IMG/VR virus record: IMGVR_UViG_3300039098_000013
Location: 1-42,616 of that record
Origin: a virus
Reading direction: 5' to 3' (one strand)
Length of the DNA stretch: 42,616 nt
Both the position numbers and the translations under genes were made by a program. The notes beneath the pieces were generated by a model. It was not told the DNA's origin. It did no database searches and was given only the letters and a program-made list of their open reading frames with translations. Shown here in pieces: positions 40,053 through 42,616 of this stretch. Positions within the stretch are counted from its first letter, which is position 1. The number at the start of each line of letters is the position of its first letter.

Positions 40053-40393
40053 AATTTGTTCACCGTATTATCAATTATTTCAAATGAACCATCAGTAACA
40101 TCACTAAGTGGTGCAACATAATCACCGTCATCCCATAAAGCCCACATCTTGAAATCATCACACCAAGCAACTTCTAGTGAGCACGTAAAACCACGGCATG
40201 CAATAACGTCACGTTCAAATAGTTCATTGCCATTTTGGCATTTCATCCCTGTAAATTGTCGCTTAGCTATCACCTCAAGTAGCGAGCAGCTACTTAATTT
40301 CTGGCAAAGAATCTCATCAATATCGTATGTGTTATTAAACATCTGGCCTGTTACGGTGTGTTTTGTTATTAGCTCAAACTTTAACTCTCTCAT
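40049..40393 (-). CDS. YopX-like protein
   Basis: MRELKFE..., RQFTGMKCQNGNELFERDVI and a C-terminal EIIDN resemble the YopX family. Confidence 0.55.
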   Translation of the reverse strand: MRELKFELITKHTVTGQMFNNTYDIDEILCQKLSSCSLLEVIAKRQFTGMKCQNGNELFERDVIACRGFTCSLEVAWCDDFKMWALWDDGDYVAPLSDVTDGSFEIIDNTVNKL

Positions 40394-40476
40394 CACTCTT
40401 ACTCCATTGCTTGTGTGTGTTTATTATCTTGTATTTGGCTTGGTGTGTCTTGTAGGTTATTCCGTGGTGTTAGGTG

Positions 40477-40896
40477 TTATTCATCGAGATTTATACCTTG
40501 GTTAGCTGCGAATGCGTAAATAAGCTCAATCATTTCACTCATCCACTTAACCGACTCGCGACTAGTTGACGCGCCAAGTAATACCATTTGGTTGGAGTTT
40601 GGGTCTTGTGCCAGCTTGGCTTCACCGTTTAATGATGCTGAGAATATGTCTTTCCAATTCTCACTAGTTAGTAACTCCTGCTTAATCGTGCCGTCAGGGT
40701 ATCTCACAGCCCACTCTATTCTTTTTGATACCGTTGCAAGGATAGCCCATAGTTTCGCGTTCTGAGATAGCTTGCGCGTCGATTCCTGCACTGTTACGAC
40801 CATCGGATTCGAGCCAACTGGCTCAATCTGGTTAACCATTGCCATTGCGTTCTGTTTTATTGCTTCTGAGTAGATAAAGAATCGTTGTGGCTTCAT
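40477..40896 (-). CDS. ninB: NinB/Orf-family recombination protein
   Basis: RKLSQNAKLWAILATVSKRIEW, ENWKDIF, VLLGASTSRESVKWMSEMIELIYAFAANQGI. Confidence 0.7.
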   Translation of the reverse strand: MKPQRFFIYSEAIKQNAMAMVNQIEPVGSNPMVVTVQESTRKLSQNAKLWAILATVSKRIEWAVRYPDGTIKQELLTSENWKDIFSASLNGEAKLAQDPNSNQMVLLGASTSRESVKWMSEMIELIYAFAANQGINLDE

Positions 40897-41402
40897 TTCA
40901 TTGAGTCCCGATCGATTAAGTGCACTGATTGCTTAACCGGCGATAGTGGATCGAATATAAATACCACCGAGCCTTTGTTATTTCCGTTTACTGGCTTACC
41001 TGTTTCGGCATTGATGAAAGATAATCGCCCTGAGATAAAGTGGCACTCGGTGCAGTTTTCGAATGCCAACTTAAACCACTTAACCGATGTGTCAGCAGGA
41101 ATTAGCATTACAACTGGTATGCATGACTCTTTTGCTATATCCCTGCACATCATGACCCATGGCATAATATTACTGTACGGGGGATTGCAGAATACAGCCC
41201 CAGAAAGAAATGACGCCTGATCTCTATTGAATGCACTATCTTCTTTTGTGCAATACAGCCCACATAGTGAATTCTTATCGCTCGCAGCTAAGTCATACGC
41301 AAATTCAAACCGCTCATTGTAATAATCAAATACAAACTTAGGAGTCTGCCATAGGTCTTTAATTTCTGCTGCTGTGTTGGATTTATGTTCTGTGTTCATC
41401 AT
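40893..41402 (-). CDS. dam: DNA N6-adenine methyltransferase (phage Dam family)
   Basis: WQTPKFVFDYYNERFEFAYDLAAS and the catalytic FCNPPYS motif. Confidence 0.85.
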   Translation of the reverse strand: MMNTEHKSNTAAEIKDLWQTPKFVFDYYNERFEFAYDLAASDKNSLCGLYCTKEDSAFNRDQASFLSGAVFCNPPYSNIMPWVMMCRDIAKESCIPVVMLIPADTSVKWFKLAFENCTECHFISGRLSFINAETGKPVNGNNKGSVVFIFDPLSPVKQSVHLIDRDSMK

Positions 41403-41424
41403 CTTCCCTTATTGCTGTTGATAG

Positions 41425-41763
41425 TTAAATATTCCAGCCAGCCAAATCTATAAGTTTATCTGTTGACTCGTGCCTGTGATGGCACTCATCTTTTCTTTTG
41501 TATCGGTCTGTGTATACGCTTGGTAAGTCAACGAGCATTCTATACACGCCCCTTAGCCCTCCAATGATAAATACTGCAATTATTGCCAATGGAAGAGAAA
41601 CAGTAACAATCACTTTCATTGAGATTGAATTCTGCTCCTCGATGTAATAGCTGTCTTCTCTCTCAACAAAATAAATTGAGCCAGATATCTTTTGTGCAAT
41701 AGTAAATTTTCTTTTTGTAAATATCTCGCAAAATTCTTTGTGGCTAACTTTGAACTTTTTCAT
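41425..41763 (-). CDS. Hypothetical membrane protein
   Basis: 112 aa with a central TM segment (VIVTVSLPLAIIAVFIIGGL). Confidence 0.5.
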   Translation of the reverse strand: MKKFKVSHKEFCEIFTKRKFTIAQKISGSIYFVEREDSYYIEEQNSISMKVIVTVSLPLAIIAVFIIGGLRGVYRMLVDLPSVYTDRYKRKDECHHRHESTDKLIDLAGWNI

Positions 41764-41823
41764 TAGTTATTCCTCTTGTTGTTATTTAAATTAACAATTT
41801 CATGTATTCTTTTTGTGCTTTCG

Positions 41824-42108
41824 TTATTTGCTTTCTGATTTTGTTTTCGCTATCTGGTTTAATTTCCCATCCACCATATGGCTACCAATATTCTCACCAC
41901 AAAACGGACAGTATTTAAATACAAGGCCATTTGGAAACTGCTTTGATTTAATACCTGCAAAGCTTCGTGATGGCTTTCCTGTTTTTACATTATCGTACAT
42001 CCAGAATGTCATCCCCTTAGCTCTGCCTGATGATGGTGTTTCAGTGTTTTCATTTAATGAATCACACATCATTAATAATTTTCCGTCTTTCAATTCGCAC
42101 TTTTCCAT
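41824..42108 (-). CDS. Hypothetical protein with a CPFCG zinc-ribbon-like motif
   Basis: gaggaataagtgATG gives MEKCELKDGKLL...KYCPFCGENIG. Confidence 0.5.
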   Translation of the reverse strand: MEKCELKDGKLLMMCDSLNENTETPSSGRAKGMTFWMYDNVKTGKPSRSFAGIKSKQFPNGLVFKYCPFCGENIGSHMVDGKLNQIAKTKSESK

Positions 42109-42111
42109 CAC

Positions 42112-42616
42112 TTATTCCTCGTTATTATTTGGATTCCAATACTTATCTTCGTCTGGAAGTGTTCTTAATACGCCAGCCATCAATCTCATGTATCCAGCTT
42201 GAAATACTGTTTCATGATCTGCATAGCGATGAGCGTCTGAATATATACCGAAGTAAACCTTTCCTTTATCTCTAAAGATTCGAGTTCCAATGAATGCCTG
42301 AATCTCGTGTCTAACCCTAGCTGTATCAAGAATATCAAATGCTGTTGGCTCTCTATCTTTGCAATCTTCTTTAAGCTGCCCGAGTAATATTACCGATATA
42401 CCAAGCTCTGATGCTGTATTCTTTAGCATTCGAACATCATCACCCATTGCATAGGTCATTTGCTTATGACTGGTATCGAATGAAATCCTGTGAAGGTGAT
42501 CAACAATTACCAGCTTTAACTTTTTACCTTTTGCAGACATTAACTGATGTTGCTTTCTCATCTCTGAAACAATGTACTGCATGTTTACATCTTTCTTACC
42601 GTCGATAGTTACACGC
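42112..42616 (-). CDS. dnaB: DnaB-family helicase, C-terminal part (same gene as 1..958; bases 42498-42616 duplicate 1-119)
   Basis: KLKLVIVDHLHRISF and ISVILLGQLKEDCKDREP are RecA-fold helicase motifs. The frame is in phase with 1..958 across the overlap. Confidence 0.85.
   Translation of the reverse strand, partial: RVTIDGKKDVNMQYIVSEMRKQHQLMSAKGKKLKLVIVDHLHRISFDTSHKQMTYAMGDDVRMLKNTASELGISVILLGQLKEDCKDREPTAFDILDTARVRHEIQAFIGTRIFRDKGKVYFGIYSDAHRYADHETVFQAGYMRLMAGVLRTLPDEDKYWNPNNNEE
42498..42616. repeat. Right copy of the 119-bp end overlap
   Basis: Identical to 1-119. Confidence 0.95.

Noticed and set aside
40149-42275. Plus-strand ORFs 40149..40505, 40885..41220, 41813..42202, 42030..42275 and 42411..42608.
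   Set aside because: They are antisense to recognisable minus-strand genes (YopX-like, NinB, Dam, helicase).
1-42616. A search by eye for CRISPR arrays, tRNA genes, integrase/attP, reverse transcriptase (retron/DGR) and transposase ends.
   Set aside because: I found no regularly spaced repeats, no cloverleaf candidates, no tyrosine or serine recombinase motifs, no YxDD reverse-transcriptase motif and no terminal inverted repeats flanking a gene. A by-eye scan of 42 kb cannot fully exclude short or degenerate examples.

Overview
The window is one complete tailed dsDNA phage genome. Bases 1-119 are identical to 42498-42616, so the unique length is about 42,497 bp, and the cut point lies inside a DnaB-family helicase gene. 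Coding is dense and almost all on the minus strand. Reading along the minus strand from high to low coordinates: (1) An early/accessory block (42.1->32.9 kb) holds an N6-adenine methyltransferase, NinB, a YopX-like protein, a C5-cytosine methyltransferase, a truncated DnaN-like clamp, many tiny or membrane ORFs and a Gp49-like protein. A small plus-strand lysis cassette (GH108 endolysin and a 3-TM holin, 37.7-38.7 kb) is embedded in it. (2) A head module (32.8->26.2 kb) encodes TerS, TerL, portal, a Mu-F-like protein, scaffold and major capsid protein. (3) A ~5-kb accessory island (26.2->21.4 kb) splits head genes from neck genes. It contains an inverted plus-strand block of small genes (several are membrane peptides, plus an ASCH/DUF3850 protein), a ~400-nt promoter-driven non-coding structured region, and an HslV/proteasome-beta-like Ntn-hydrolase ORF that has no canonical start codon. 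(4) A neck/tail module (21.3->6.7 kb) encodes adaptor, a fibre-like protein, head closure, an HK97 gp10-like protein, tail terminator, an inserted homing-endonuclease-like gene and the major tail protein. It continues with G/GT chaperones (a clear A-AAA-AAA -1 frameshift site), tape measure, a lambda-like tip (DUF1833, NlpC/P60, gpI-gpJ-like protein) and a beta-helix tailspike. (5) A recombination/replication/regulation block (6.6->0 kb) has plus-strand RHH-ERF-SSB-like genes. On the minus strand it has a RuvC-like resolvase, a Cro-like protein, a Rha/KilAC antirepressor-like protein, a DUF5664 dNTP pyrophosphohydrolase-like protein, DUF1376 and DnaB. No integrase, CI-type repressor, DNA polymerase, tRNA or CRISPR array was seen. 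All protein calls rest on motif recognition by eye and on gene order. No database search was run.
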